From an uncultured Gammaproteobacteria bacterium (GTDB taxonomy: Bacteria; Patescibacteriota; Microgenomatia; UBA12405), in assembly GCA_964628885.1 (NCBI GenBank), contig CAZVMP010000002.1:10330-74329 (forward strand): a DNA stretch of 64,000 nt, given 5' to 3'. The translations under genes and the position numbers were made by a program. Under the pieces are notes generated by a model. It was not told the DNA's origin and did no database searches. It saw nothing but the letters and a program-made list of their open reading frames with translations. Positions 27,605 to 37,641 of this stretch are shown here, piece by piece (positions within the stretch are counted from its first letter, which is position 1; every line of letters starts with the position of its first letter).

Positions 27605-27874
27605 ATGGCATTAACTAAAGAAGAAAAACAAGAAATTATTACTAAACACGCTCAAGCTAAAGGTGACACTGGTTCTCCAGAAATCCAGATTGCTATTCTT
27701 ACTAAAGAAGTTGAAAAGCTTCAAGGGCATCTAGCTGAAAATAAACACGATTCTCCTGCTAAGCGTGGCATTTTAACTAAAATTGCCAAACGGCGTCGAC
27801 TTCTTCGCTATTTGTCTATCCACAATCCTGAACGATACACTGCTATCACTAAGTCTCTCGGATTGAAGAAATAA
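27605..27874 (+). CDS. rpsO: 30S ribosomal protein S15
   Basis: MALTKEEKQEII...GDTGSPEIQIAILT...RRRLLRYL matches S15. An extended -10 TGTTATAAT lies at about 27521-27529. Confidence 0.9.
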   Translation: MALTKEEKQEIITKHAQAKGDTGSPEIQIAILTKEVEKLQGHLAENKHDSPAKRGILTKIAKRRRLLRYLSIHNPERYTAITKSLGLKK

Positions 27875-27897
27875 CAGGCTATAATTAATTAATTTTT

Positions 27898-30084
27898 ATG
27901 AAAATGTATACACAAGATATTTTGGTGGGTGATAAAAAAATCAGTCTTTCTACTGGTAAACTTGCACCTCAAACCAACGCTTCAGTTGTTGCCCAATTTG
28001 GTAACACTGTTGTTTTAGCAACCGTTTTAATGGGAAAATTAGATGAAACCAAAGACTATTTTCCTTTATCTGTTGAATTTATTGACAAGCTTTACGCTGG
28101 AGGCCTTATTAAAGGTGGTAAGTGGGTTAAGCGCGATGGTGGTCCTTCTGATGCTGCTGTCCTTTTTGGCCGGATTATCGACCGCTCCCTTCGTCCTTTA
28201 TTTCCAGAAGGGTTTTTAAATGAAATTCAGATTATTACTACTGTTTTAAGTAACGATAAAAAACATGATGTCGTTATTCCAGCTTTTACTGCCGCCGCTG
28301 CCGCTATGGCTATCTCTGATATTCCTTTCCGCGGTCCAGTTTCGGCTGTTAGAATCGGTTCTATTGATGATAAGTTAGTTATAAATCCATCTTTAGATGA
28401 ACTTCAAAAATCTAAACTTGATCTTTTAGTTTGTACCGGTCCTAAAGGTATTAATATGATTGAAGCTGATGGTAATATTGTTAAAAATGACCTAATGCTT
28501 CAAGCCATCGAACTGGCTAAAACTACCAGTGATGACCTTAATCAACAGATTGCTCAGTTTGCCACTAAAGCCGGCAAGCCTAAAATTGATTTTCAACCCG
28601 CCGGTCCTTCTGCTCAACTAATTAAGGATGTTGAGTCAAATATTCAAGTTGATGTTAAAAAATTCTTTGATGACGGCGTTGATGGCGCTCATATGATTGG
28701 TCAAGAACTAATCTTAGATAAAGTTAAGCAAATTTATCAGGATAAAATTGATTCTCAAGAAGTCTCAATTAACCATCTAACTGCCGCCGTTGATAGTATT
28801 ATTAAAAATTATGTTAGAAATCAAACTCTTGCTGGGCACCGTTATGATAAACGTCAATATGATCAAATTAGACCTTTAAATATTGAACCTGGAATTTTAC
28901 CGATGACTCACGGCTCTGCTTTGTTTGAAAGAGGATTAACTCAAGCTATTACTGTTACCACCCTAGCTCCTCTGGCCGAAAAACAATATTTACAAGATTC
29001 TAATGGTGAAATTACTAAACGCTATCTCCATTATTATTCTGCTATGCCTTTTTCTACTGGTCAAACTGGTCGTGTTGGCCGTCCTGGTCGTCGCGAAATT
29101 GGTCATGGTGCTTTAGCCGAAAAGGCTCTTGTTCCAGTTATTCCTTCAGAAGCAGATTTTCCCTATACTATTGTCTTAACTTCAGAAGTTTTATCTCAAA
29201 ATGGCTCTTCATCTATGGCTTCTACTTGTGGCTCTACCATGTCATTAATGGACGCCGGAGTCCCTATCAAAGATAAGGTTGCTGGTATTTCTATTGGTCT
29301 TATTGCTAAAACCGATGATGAATACACCCTGTTAACTGATATTGCTGGAATTGAGGATCATTTTGGTGATATGGATTTTAAAATTACCGGAACTCGCGAT
29401 GGTATTACTGCCATTCAGTTAGATATTAAACGCCAAGGGTTAACTCTTCAAATGATTCGAGACACCTTTGTTGCTTCTACTGCTGCCAGACTCCAAATCT
29501 TAGACAAGATGGAGTCAGTTCTCTCTGCTCCTAGACCAGAATTGTCTCCACTAGCTCCCAAAATAAAACTAATTCAGCTCCCTGAGGATAAAATTGGTGA
29601 AGTTATTGGTAGTGGTGGTAAAACCATTAAAGCTTTAATGGATAAATATCAAGTTCAAATTGATATCGATGACTTTGGAGCTGCCTCTATTTCTTCTCAA
29701 GATCAGAAGGCAATTGAGGAAGCTGCTTATGAAATTGAATCTATGATAAAAGAAGTTCAGATTGGCGAAGAATATGCTGGTATTGTTACCCGAGTTGAAA
29801 ATTATGGCGCTTTTGTTGAATTTTTACCTGGTCGAGAAGCTCTCCTTCATGTTTCTGAGATGTCGGGCGGATTTTTATCTGACCCCTCTAGTATTATTAA
29901 AGTTGGTGACAAGCTCAATGTTAAAATTGCCGGTTTCAATGACAATCATCAAGTTAAGCTCTCTTCTCCAGAATTTAAGGCTGCTCATCCTGGTCAACCG
30001 CGTCAGACTGGTAATCGAGCTCAGTTTGCTGCCAAGCCAGAATTCCGTAAATTCAATCCAAATTTTTCTAAACGACAAAGATAA
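27898..30084 (+). CDS. pnp: Polynucleotide phosphorylase
   Basis: Two RNase PH domains (GRPGRREIGHG), a KH domain and an S1 domain (GIVTRVENYGAFVEF). Confidence 0.95.
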   Translation: MKMYTQDILVGDKKISLSTGKLAPQTNASVVAQFGNTVVLATVLMGKLDETKDYFPLSVEFIDKLYAGGLIKGGKWVKRDGGPSDAAVLFGRIIDRSLRPLFPEGFLNEIQIITTVLSNDKKHDVVIPAFTAAAAAMAISDIPFRGPVSAVRIGSIDDKLVINPSLDELQKSKLDLLVCTGPKGINMIEADGNIVKNDLMLQAIELAKTTSDDLNQQIAQFATKAGKPKIDFQPAGPSAQLIKDVESNIQVDVKKFFDDGVDGAHMIGQELILDKVKQIYQDKIDSQEVSINHLTAAVDSIIKNYVRNQTLAGHRYDKRQYDQIRPLNIEPGILPMTHGSALFERGLTQAITVTTLAPLAEKQYLQDSNGEITKRYLHYYSAMPFSTGQTGRVGRPGRREIGHGALAEKALVPVIPSEADFPYTIVLTSEVLSQNGSSSMASTCGSTMSLMDAGVPIKDKVAGISIGLIAKTDDEYTLLTDIAGIEDHFGDMDFKITGTRDGITAIQLDIKRQGLTLQMIRDTFVASTAARLQILDKMESVLSAPRPELSPLAPKIKLIQLPEDKIGEVIGSGGKTIKALMDKYQVQIDIDDFGAASISSQDQKAIEEAAYEIESMIKEVQIGEEYAGIVTRVENYGAFVEFLPGREALLHVSEMSGGFLSDPSSIIKVGDKLNVKIAGFNDNHQVKLSSPEFKAAHPGQPRQTGNRAQFAAKPEFRKFNPNFSKRQR

Positions 30085-30126
30085 TCAGCTGGTATTTTTT
30101 AGTCATATTTTAGTTATACTTTTTAT

Positions 30127-31188
30127 ATGGATTCTAGTGTCTTAACTATCGACAAAGCTATTGAAACCCTTCGAGATAAGGTTAAATCAGTCAAGTTGCC
30201 TGAAAATTTAGTTCTAAATATTGAAGAACTTTTTTCTCAATTAACTATTAATTCTCGAAATGAAGAGTCATTTTGGCAAAATTATCAATCAGCCTCAAAG
30301 TATCTTAATTATCTTATTAGTCTTCCTTGGTTTACTGAGACCAAAGATATTTTAGACACCCAATTTGCTAAAGAAAAACTTAATGAACAACATTATGGTC
30401 TAGAGACTGTTAAAGACCGCTTGTTAGAGTATATTTCTGTTCTCGCTCTCCAAAGAGACCGTAATCCTAATCAACCCATTAAAGCTCCTGTTCTGCTTTT
30501 TGTTGGCTTAGTTGGGACTGGTAAAACCACCATGGCCAAATCTATTGCTAGTGTTTTAGGCCGACAGTTAATTCGGATTCCTTTTGGCGGTTTGGGAGAT
30601 CCTCTTTATCTTCGAGGACAGTCTCGTATTCACCCTGAAGCTGAACCCGGACAGGTAATTAAAGGTTTAATTAATTTTAAAAGTATTAACCCGGTTATCC
30701 TTTTAGATGAAATTGATCGAGTTGCCGATGATGCCCTTAATACTATTATGGGAGTTTTAGTTGAATTACTTGATCCTGAACAAAACAACCATTTTATCGA
30801 CCATTATATTGATTATCCGGTTGATTTGTCTCGGGCCATTTTTTGTGCCACCTGCAACAATACTTCCCGGATTGCCACTGCCGTCATGGATCGGCTCGAG
30901 GTTATTCAAATGCCCTCTTATACTGACGAAGAAAAAATAGTTATTGGTCGTGACTATATTTTTCCTAAAGTTATCAAAGAAGCTGGACTTCGTCCTAATG
31001 AAATTAAAATTGATAACTTAGTTTGGGATCAGATTGTCCGTCCCTTAGGATTTGATGCTGGTGTCCGAACTCTTCAACGCAATATTGAAGGTTTATGCCG
31101 TAAAGTCGCTAAAATGATTTTTGAGGGCAAAACCAAGCAGGTTGTTGTTGATCAATCAAATGTTAAATATTATCTACCTCAATGGTAG
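30127..31188 (+). CDS. Lon-type AAA+ ATPase module without a peptidase domain
   Basis: LLFVGLVGTGKTTMAKSIA (Walker A), ILLDEIDRV (Walker B), and LLDPEQNNHFIDHYIDYPVDLSRAIFCATCN...MDRLEVIQMPSYTDEEKIVIGRDYIFPK are co-linear with the Lon A-domain. The ORF ends after the alpha-helical lid. No S16 protease domain (Ser-Lys dyad) is present in this ORF or the next one. Confidence 0.7.
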   Translation: MDSSVLTIDKAIETLRDKVKSVKLPENLVLNIEELFSQLTINSRNEESFWQNYQSASKYLNYLISLPWFTETKDILDTQFAKEKLNEQHYGLETVKDRLLEYISVLALQRDRNPNQPIKAPVLLFVGLVGTGKTTMAKSIASVLGRQLIRIPFGGLGDPLYLRGQSRIHPEAEPGQVIKGLINFKSINPVILLDEIDRVADDALNTIMGVLVELLDPEQNNHFIDHYIDYPVDLSRAIFCATCNNTSRIATAVMDRLEVIQMPSYTDEEKIVIGRDYIFPKVIKEAGLRPNEIKIDNLVWDQIVRPLGFDAGVRTLQRNIEGLCRKVAKMIFEGKTKQVVVDQSNVKYYLPQW

Positions 31189-31206
31189 TCCTTAAATTAA
31201 AAAATT

Positions 31207-32964
31207 ATGATTAAAAATAAAAAAAATATTAATCCGAGAACTAGTTTTACTAGTGCTCAAAACCAGGTTAGAGAATTCAAATCTAACCAAAATTCTCTCC
31301 GTATTAGTTCACTTGGAGGCTTTGGTGATGTTACTCAAAACATGTTCGTTTATGAATTTATTCCCAATGGTGATGTTTCTAAAAGTGAAATAATTATTGT
31401 TGATTGCGGGGTTGGCTTCCCTGAAGAAGATATTTTTGGGGTTGACATGCAAATCCCAGATACTCATTATCTTGAAGACAAAAAAGATCGCATTTTAGGT
31501 ATTTTTATTACCCATGGCCATGAAGATCATATTGGTGCCATTAAGTTTATTTTGCCAATTTTAGGTGAAAAAATTCCTATCTTTGCTCCCAAACTTGCCG
31601 CCGCCTTTATTGAATCTCGTCTCTCTGAAGTTAATCAACGGGCTATTATTAATGTTTATCAAGATAGTCTTCCTATCCAGAAAGGAGTTTTTTCTATTGA
31701 TCCCGTTCGAGTTACTCACTCCATTCCTGATACCTTTCATTTTGCTATTACAACTCCGATTGGTATTTTTTATCACGGATCTGATTTTAAGTTTGATGTC
31801 TTTCCTTTAGATGGTAAAGGAGCTGATCTTAGTCACATTGCTCGTATTGGTGAGAAAAAGGTTGTTGCTCTGATGTCTGATAGTCTTGGATCTGATCATG
31901 AAGGTTATTCACCCTCAGAAAGTTCTATTGCTGAAAATTTTAAATATGAAATCACTTCTGCTAAAGGAAGAGTTTTTGTTACCTCTATTTCTAGTAATAT
32001 TATTCGTTGGTCACAGGCCATTGAATATGCCAAGAGTGTTGGTCGTAAAATAGTTGTCGTTGGTTTTTCTGTTGATAAAGCCATTAGTATTGCTAAAGAA
32101 TTAAATTATTTGAGTCTTAATGATTCTGATCTTATTCCTCCCGAACGGGCTAAAAACTTCCCTGACAATAAACTTATTTTTTTAGTTGCCGGTTTTGCTG
32201 CTCAACCTGACTCTGCCCTTAGTAAAATGGTTATGGGCAAGCATCGTATAAAGATTAAATCTGGTGATAAAATTATTTTTTCCTCTCCAGATTATATTCC
32301 TGGCACAACTTCAAACATCTATACCATGATTGACAATCTTTCTAAACTTGGAGCCGAAGTTGTTTATGGTGAAAAACAAGAACTTCATGTCTCCGGTCAC
32401 GGTTATCAAAAAGAGCATGCTCTCCTCATTAGTCTAGTTAAACCTAAGTATTTGTTACCAATCGGGGGAAATTTTCGACATGTTAAGCAATATCAATCTA
32501 TTGCCAAAAAATTAGGTTATGCTGAAGAAGATGTTATCCTTCCAGACTTTGATTCTTCTGTTACTTTTTATGATAATGGTAAATTTGATACTAATTTTCA
32601 CCTTCCTATTAGAAAGATTTTGATTGATGGTTTTGGTATTGGTGATGTTGGGGCAACTGTTCTTCGTGATCGCAAGCTTTTGGCCGAAGACGGGATGTTT
32701 TCCGTTGTTCTTTTAATTAATAAAGCCAGCGGTCAATTAGAGAAAGACCCGGTAGTTCTTAGTCGAGGATTTGTCTTTGTTAAAGAAAATACTGATCTTA
32801 TTAATTATTTAAAACAGGAAACTATTAAAAAGTTTAATGAGGCCACCAGCGCTCCAGCCAACCTTGATTATATTCGAGAAGAAATTCAAGCCCATATTGA
32901 AGAAATAATTCATCAAAAAACTGGTCGCCAACCAATGGTTCTTCCACTGGTAATTGAGGTTTAG
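31207..32964 (+). CDS. rnj: Ribonuclease J (metallo-beta-lactamase/beta-CASP)
   Basis: ITHGHEDHIGA motif 2, a beta-CASP region, and a C-terminal domain. Confidence 0.85.
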   Translation: MIKNKKNINPRTSFTSAQNQVREFKSNQNSLRISSLGGFGDVTQNMFVYEFIPNGDVSKSEIIIVDCGVGFPEEDIFGVDMQIPDTHYLEDKKDRILGIFITHGHEDHIGAIKFILPILGEKIPIFAPKLAAAFIESRLSEVNQRAIINVYQDSLPIQKGVFSIDPVRVTHSIPDTFHFAITTPIGIFYHGSDFKFDVFPLDGKGADLSHIARIGEKKVVALMSDSLGSDHEGYSPSESSIAENFKYEITSAKGRVFVTSISSNIIRWSQAIEYAKSVGRKIVVVGFSVDKAISIAKELNYLSLNDSDLIPPERAKNFPDNKLIFLVAGFAAQPDSALSKMVMGKHRIKIKSGDKIIFSSPDYIPGTTSNIYTMIDNLSKLGAEVVYGEKQELHVSGHGYQKEHALLISLVKPKYLLPIGGNFRHVKQYQSIAKKLGYAEEDVILPDFDSSVTFYDNGKFDTNFHLPIRKILIDGFGIGDVGATVLRDRKLLAEDGMFSVVLLINKASGQLEKDPVVLSRGFVFVKENTDLINYLKQETIKKFNEATSAPANLDYIREEIQAHIEEIIHQKTGRQPMVLPLVIEV

Positions 32965-33018
32965 TAAATTTTAATTAAATTATTAATAAAACTAATTAGG
33001 GTTAAGTTATAATCAGTT

Positions 33019-34260
33019 ATGCGATATTCACAACTTTTTGGTAAAACTAGTAAGACTGTCCCAGCAGATGCTGATAGTGTTAATGCTAAATTATTAACTC
33101 AAGGCGGCTTTATTCAAAAAGAAATCTCCGGTGTTTATAATTATTTACCTTTAGGGCTAAGAGTTTTAACTAAAATCCAAAATATTGTTAGAGAAGAAAT
33201 CAACAAAATTGGTGGTCAAGAAATTTTAATGCCAGTCTTAACTACTGAGGATAGTTGGCGGACAACCGGCCGTGATCAAATGGATATTCTTTTTCGTCTT
33301 AAAGGTCAGGGAAATGTCAGCTTGGTTCTTAATCCAACTCATGAAGAAGTTGTTACTCCTTTAGCTCAAAAATATATTTTTTCTTATCGCGACCTACCGC
33401 TGGCGGTTTATCAGATTCAAAATAAGTTTCGTAACGAACCTCGAGCTAAATCTGGCCTACTTCGCGGACGAGAATTTAATATGAAAGACCTTTATTCTTT
33501 TCATTCCGATGAGGCTGATTTAGATAAATATTATGATATTGTTAAAGATGCTTATTTTAAAATTTATCAGAGATTGGGATTAAAAGATATTACTGTTCTT
33601 ACCTTTGCTTCTGGTGGAACTTTTAGCCAGTTTTCTCATGAATTCCAAACATTAAATGAGGGTGGGGAAGACACTATCTATCTTTGTGATCTCTGCCATA
33701 TCGCTGTTAATAAAGAAATTATTGATATTCAAAAAACTTGCCCTCAATGCCATAGTTCTGATTTAAAAACCGTTAAATCTACTGAAGTTGGCAATATTTT
33801 TAAACTAAAAACCAAATACTCTCAAGCTTTTAACTTTACTTATCTAGATAAATCTGGTCAAGAACAAATTGTTCAAATGGGGTGTTATGGTTTTGGTCCG
33901 TCGCGAACCATGGGGGCAATAGTTGAAGTCTTCCATGATAACAAAGGGATTGTTTGGCCCAAAGCCATTGCTCCTTATCAAGTTCATCTAATTACCCTAG
34001 ATTTATTTGAAGATGATATTAAACAAAAAGCCGATCGTCTTTATCAACAGTTTTTAGATAAAAATATTGAAGTTCTTTATGATGATCGTTTAGATATTAC
34101 CGCTGGTACCAAATTTGCCGATGCTGATTTAATTGGAATTCCAACCAGATTAGTTGTTAGTAAAAGAAGTCTTGAAAAAAATGGAGTTGAAATTAAGTAT
34201 CGCCATCAAGTCGAGAGTCAAGTGATTTCTTTTGATTCCTGCTTAGATACTATATACTAA
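33019..34260 (+). CDS. proS: Prolyl-tRNA synthetase (class II, short form without an editing insertion)
   Basis: The N-terminus MRYSQLFGKT...GGFIQKEISGVYNYLPLGLRVL, class II motifs 2 and 3, and a C-terminal anticodon-binding domain. Confidence 0.8.
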   Translation: MRYSQLFGKTSKTVPADADSVNAKLLTQGGFIQKEISGVYNYLPLGLRVLTKIQNIVREEINKIGGQEILMPVLTTEDSWRTTGRDQMDILFRLKGQGNVSLVLNPTHEEVVTPLAQKYIFSYRDLPLAVYQIQNKFRNEPRAKSGLLRGREFNMKDLYSFHSDEADLDKYYDIVKDAYFKIYQRLGLKDITVLTFASGGTFSQFSHEFQTLNEGGEDTIYLCDLCHIAVNKEIIDIQKTCPQCHSSDLKTVKSTEVGNIFKLKTKYSQAFNFTYLDKSGQEQIVQMGCYGFGPSRTMGAIVEVFHDNKGIVWPKAIAPYQVHLITLDLFEDDIKQKADRLYQQFLDKNIEVLYDDRLDITAGTKFADADLIGIPTRLVVSKRSLEKNGVEIKYRHQVESQVISFDSCLDTIY

Positions 34261-34263
34261 TTT

Positions 34264-36393
34264 ATGGCTAAACGTGGTCGTAAAAAAAAGAAAGTTATTC
34301 CTAGTCTAAGATTAAAGACAGAAACCATTCAAACTATCTTTTTTATTTTCTTTTTTATTCTAGCAATATTAACAGTTTTTTCGTTTCTTCAGACTGGTCC
34401 CGTCCCTACTAAAATTAATGAAATCATTGTTAAATATTTTGGTTTAGGGGCAACCTTAATTCCATTTTTGTTTTTTTTGGCCGCCTTTCTTTTTGCTAAG
34501 ATCAAAACCCCCCTAAAAGATCTTAATGTTTTTTTAGGATTTTTAATTATGTTTATTTCCCTTATCAGCCTTTTTCAACGTGGTATTTTTGGGTCTTTTC
34601 TTTTTGAACAATTATTTTCCTTATTTGGTCGAATTCCCAGTATTTTAATTTTTATTTTTTGTCTTATTGTTGGTTTTGTTATTTTATTTGACACTTCAGT
34701 TGCTCAGGTTGTTAAGTTTTTTATTACCGTTTTTAATTTAATTAAAAAATACACCGTTGGTGGTGCTAAAAAAATTGCTAAAAAGACTAAAGAAAAAAAT
34801 AAATCAAAAATATTTCAGTCAGAATTACCTCTTGAGTCTCAACCAGATCTCAAGAAAGATAAACCAGATCCTAATGTTATTGGAGTCCCTCCTGTTTTTA
34901 AACCAAATCCTGGTACTGTTACTTCTACTACTGCTCTTAGCTCTTCTGGTCAACAAATTTGGGAATATCCTTCCATTGATATTTTCGATAATACTCCCGG
35001 ACTTAAGGCTGATCGAGGAGATATTCGTAAAAATGCCCAAACTATTGAGCAGACACTTGATTCATTTGGCATCACTGCTAGAGTTTCTGAGGTCAATGAT
35101 AGTCCTTCAGTTACTCAATATGCTCTTGAGGTGGCCTTAGGTACTAAGTTGGCTAAAATCGTTAGTTTGAACAACGATCTGGCTATGGCCTTAGCTGCTC
35201 CTGGGGGAATGATTCGAGTAGAAGCTCCTATTCCTGGTCGAGCCTTAGTTGGGATTGAAGTTCCTAATCGTTCTCTGGAAGTTGTCCCTATCAGAAAAAT
35301 GCTTGAGTCTGAAGTTATGAAAAACGCTAAAAATAAGATTACTGTCCCCTTAGGTTTAGATGTTGCTGGCAATCCCAAGGTTGCCGATATTACCAAAATG
35401 CCCCACGTTCTTATTGCTGGTCAAACTGGTTCTGGTAAATCCGTTTGTATTAATTCTTGGATTAGTACTATTTTATTTAAAGCCTCCCCAGATGAAGTTA
35501 GAATGATTATGATTGATCCCAAGCGGGTGGAACTAACTCCTTACAATGATATTCCTCATCTCTTAACTCCGGTTATTGTTGAATCCGATAAAGTTCTTTC
35601 ATCTCTTAAGTGGGCTGTTGGTGAAATGGAACGCCGTTTAAAAACTTTTACCGAGGTTGGTGCTAAAAATATTGAAGCCTATAACAACCTTTCTGGTTTT
35701 CAATCTATGCCCTACATTTTAATTTTTATTGATGAATTAGCCGAAATTATATTATTTAATCCTTCTGAAATTGAGGATAATATTTGTCGTTTAGCTCAAA
35801 TGGCTCGGGCGGTTGGAATTCACTTAATTTTAGCTACTCAAAGACCTTCAGTTAACGTCATCACTGGTCTTATTAAAGCTAATATTCCAACTCGGATTTC
35901 TTTTGCTGTTTCCTCAGTTACTGATTCTAGGGTCATTCTTGATTCTCCTGGTGCTGAAAAGTTACTTGGTCGTGGTGATATGCTTTATTTACCACCAGAA
36001 TTAGCCAAGCCAGTTCGGGTCCAGGGTTGTTTCGTCTCTGAGAAAGAAACCACTGGATTAATCTCTTTTCTTAAGGGGCAAAAAACCACCGAATATAACG
36101 AAGAAATTTTAAACCAATCAGTTTCTGGTAGTCGTCTTCCTAAAAATGCTCCTTCTACTGGAGATACCCTAGAAGATAAGGATCCTATGTTTGATGATGC
36201 TGTTAAATTAGTTCAAGAATCAGGGAAAGCTTCTTCCTCCCTCATGCAGCGTCGTCTTAAACTTGGTTATGCCAGGGCGGCTCGAGTTCTTGATCAATTA
36301 GAGCAGGCCGGGATTGTTGGTCCATCCAAAGGAGCTAAAGCTAGAGATATTTTGATTCCACACAATAATCCTAGTGATGATAATCTCGAATAA
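34264..36393 (+). CDS. ftsK: DNA translocase FtsK/SpoIIIE
   Basis: N-terminal TM helices, a linker, a motor domain (HVLIAGQTGSGKSV Walker A, FIDELAEI Walker B), and a C-terminal gamma wHTH (LMQRRLKLGYARAARVLDQLEQAGIV). Confidence 0.85.
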   Translation: MAKRGRKKKKVIPSLRLKTETIQTIFFIFFFILAILTVFSFLQTGPVPTKINEIIVKYFGLGATLIPFLFFLAAFLFAKIKTPLKDLNVFLGFLIMFISLISLFQRGIFGSFLFEQLFSLFGRIPSILIFIFCLIVGFVILFDTSVAQVVKFFITVFNLIKKYTVGGAKKIAKKTKEKNKSKIFQSELPLESQPDLKKDKPDPNVIGVPPVFKPNPGTVTSTTALSSSGQQIWEYPSIDIFDNTPGLKADRGDIRKNAQTIEQTLDSFGITARVSEVNDSPSVTQYALEVALGTKLAKIVSLNNDLAMALAAPGGMIRVEAPIPGRALVGIEVPNRSLEVVPIRKMLESEVMKNAKNKITVPLGLDVAGNPKVADITKMPHVLIAGQTGSGKSVCINSWISTILFKASPDEVRMIMIDPKRVELTPYNDIPHLLTPVIVESDKVLSSLKWAVGEMERRLKTFTEVGAKNIEAYNNLSGFQSMPYILIFIDELAEIILFNPSEIEDNICRLAQMARAVGIHLILATQRPSVNVITGLIKANIPTRISFAVSSVTDSRVILDSPGAEKLLGRGDMLYLPPELAKPVRVQGCFVSEKETTGLISFLKGQKTTEYNEEILNQSVSGSRLPKNAPSTGDTLEDKDPMFDDAVKLVQESGKASSSLMQRRLKLGYARAARVLDQLEQAGIVGPSKGAKARDILIPHNNPSDDNLE

Positions 36394-36398
36394 TACTT

Positions 36399-37007
36399 AT
36401 GATTGCTTCTTCACTTCTTAAAAATACTCGTCTTGATAAAGAATGGGAATTAGAAGATATCTCTAAGAAAATAAAAATTCCTATTAAATATTTACAGGCA
36501 CTTGAAGATGAACAGGTTGGTTGTTTTCCTCAAGAGCCATACTGCTCTTTAATTATTAAAGATTATGCTGATTATTTAGGGCTAAAAGGGGAGGACGTTT
36601 TAGCCTTATTCCGTCGTGATTTTGAGCAGAAAAGAAAATCAAAAAAAGACGAACCTACCAGAGTTTCATTTACTCCAAAGTTTACTTTTACCGTCTCTAT
36701 TTTTGCTATTATTATCTTATTTTCTCTCTATTTAGTTTCTGAATACTTTAAATTTCATCAACCTCCTAAATTAAAAGTAAATTGGCCTCTTGAAGCGACT
36801 ATTTCCAGTTCTATTGTTGAAATTAATGGGGTTACTGATCCTGAAGCTACCATTAGAATCAACGATGATTTAATTATTGTTTCTCCTGACGGTTCATTCC
36901 AAAAAAAGATTAATCTTAACTCTGGTGATAACAATATTACTATTAAATCAACCTCACCTAGCGGTAAATCTATCATAGAAGAGCGGAATATCACTTCTTC
37001 ACTCTAG
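36399..37007 (+). CDS. RodZ-like HTH/TM cytoskeleton-associated protein
   Basis: An N-terminal XRE-like HTH region (ISKKIKIPIKYLQALEDEQ...IKDYADYLGL), a single TM helix, and a C-terminal beta-rich domain. Confidence 0.5.
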   Translation: MIASSLLKNTRLDKEWELEDISKKIKIPIKYLQALEDEQVGCFPQEPYCSLIIKDYADYLGLKGEDVLALFRRDFEQKRKSKKDEPTRVSFTPKFTFTVSIFAIIILFSLYLVSEYFKFHQPPKLKVNWPLEATISSSIVEINGVTDPEATIRINDDLIIVSPDGSFQKKINLNSGDNNITIKSTSPSGKSIIEERNITSSL

Positions 37008-37032
37008 TCCCAAAATAGTCTATACTGATTTT

Positions 37033-37305
37033 ATGGACATTACACAAATAATTACCGTTATTAGTTTGGTTTGTATTACTAGTATTGTTGTTGCTTCTGG
37101 TATTTGGCTAGTCTTAGTCCTTAAACAGCTTCGCAATACTCTTACTAAAACTAATCAGATTCTTGAAGATACTCGTTTGATTACTAGTTCTGTTGCTAAA
37201 CCTATTTCTTCTTTCTCTGAATTCCTTATGGGGTTTAAAAACGGCTTTGGATTTTTTCATAATTTATTTAATAAAAAAGATAAAACTAATGACTCGACCA
37301 TCTGA
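37033..37305 (+). CDS. Small membrane protein (1 TM helix), unknown
   Basis: ORF only, with an N-terminal hydrophobic helix. Confidence 0.25.
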   Translation: MDITQIITVISLVCITSIVVASGIWLVLVLKQLRNTLTKTNQILEDTRLITSSVAKPISSFSEFLMGFKNGFGFFHNLFNKKDKTNDSTI

Positions 37306-37624
37306 TTATTCTGATCAAGATTATCGTCATCATCAAAATTCCGGATTTATTTTTGGCCTTATTTGTGGTGCCATTATTAGTGCTCTTATTGCTATTATCA
37401 TCTACAAAAATAATAAAACTGAAATCTTTGAAAAATTAGAACAAAAAATTAAGCATTTTTTTGATAATATCTCTCCTTCAAAATTTACTTCTAAATCAAA
37501 ACCAAAGTCTCCTCGATCTAAACCTAAAAATATTATGACTCCTAGTCTTTCTAAAAAAGATATCACTCCGATTTTTGTTAAAACTAAAACCCCTCCAAAA
37601 ATGTTTATCAAGCCTAAAAAATAG
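37289..37624 (+). CDS. Small TM protein with a Lys/Pro/Ser-rich basic tail, unknown
   Basis: Internal ATG of the ORF at 37193. The sequence reads MTRPSDYSD...TM(FIFGLICGAIISALIAIIIY)...KSKPKSPRSKPK. It overlaps the preceding ORF by 17 nt. Confidence 0.25.
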   Translation: MTRPSDYSDQDYRHHQNSGFIFGLICGAIISALIAIIIYKNNKTEIFEKLEQKIKHFFDNISPSKFTSKSKPKSPRSKPKNIMTPSLSKKDITPIFVKTKTPPKMFIKPKK

Positions 37625-37641
37625 CTGATATAATTGGCATT

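Noticed and set aside
30127-31188. Lon-like ATPase considered as BREX BrxL or another defence-island component
   Set aside because: No other BREX or defence genes are nearby. It is embedded in the rpsO-pnp-rnj-proS housekeeping block and shows Lon-A-specific motifs.
37033-37624. Two overlapping small ORFs (90 aa and 143 aa) between the rodZ-like gene and alaS
   Set aside because: They cannot both be real as drawn. They are reported only as low-confidence small membrane proteins with an adjusted internal start at 37289. Either or both may be non-coding.
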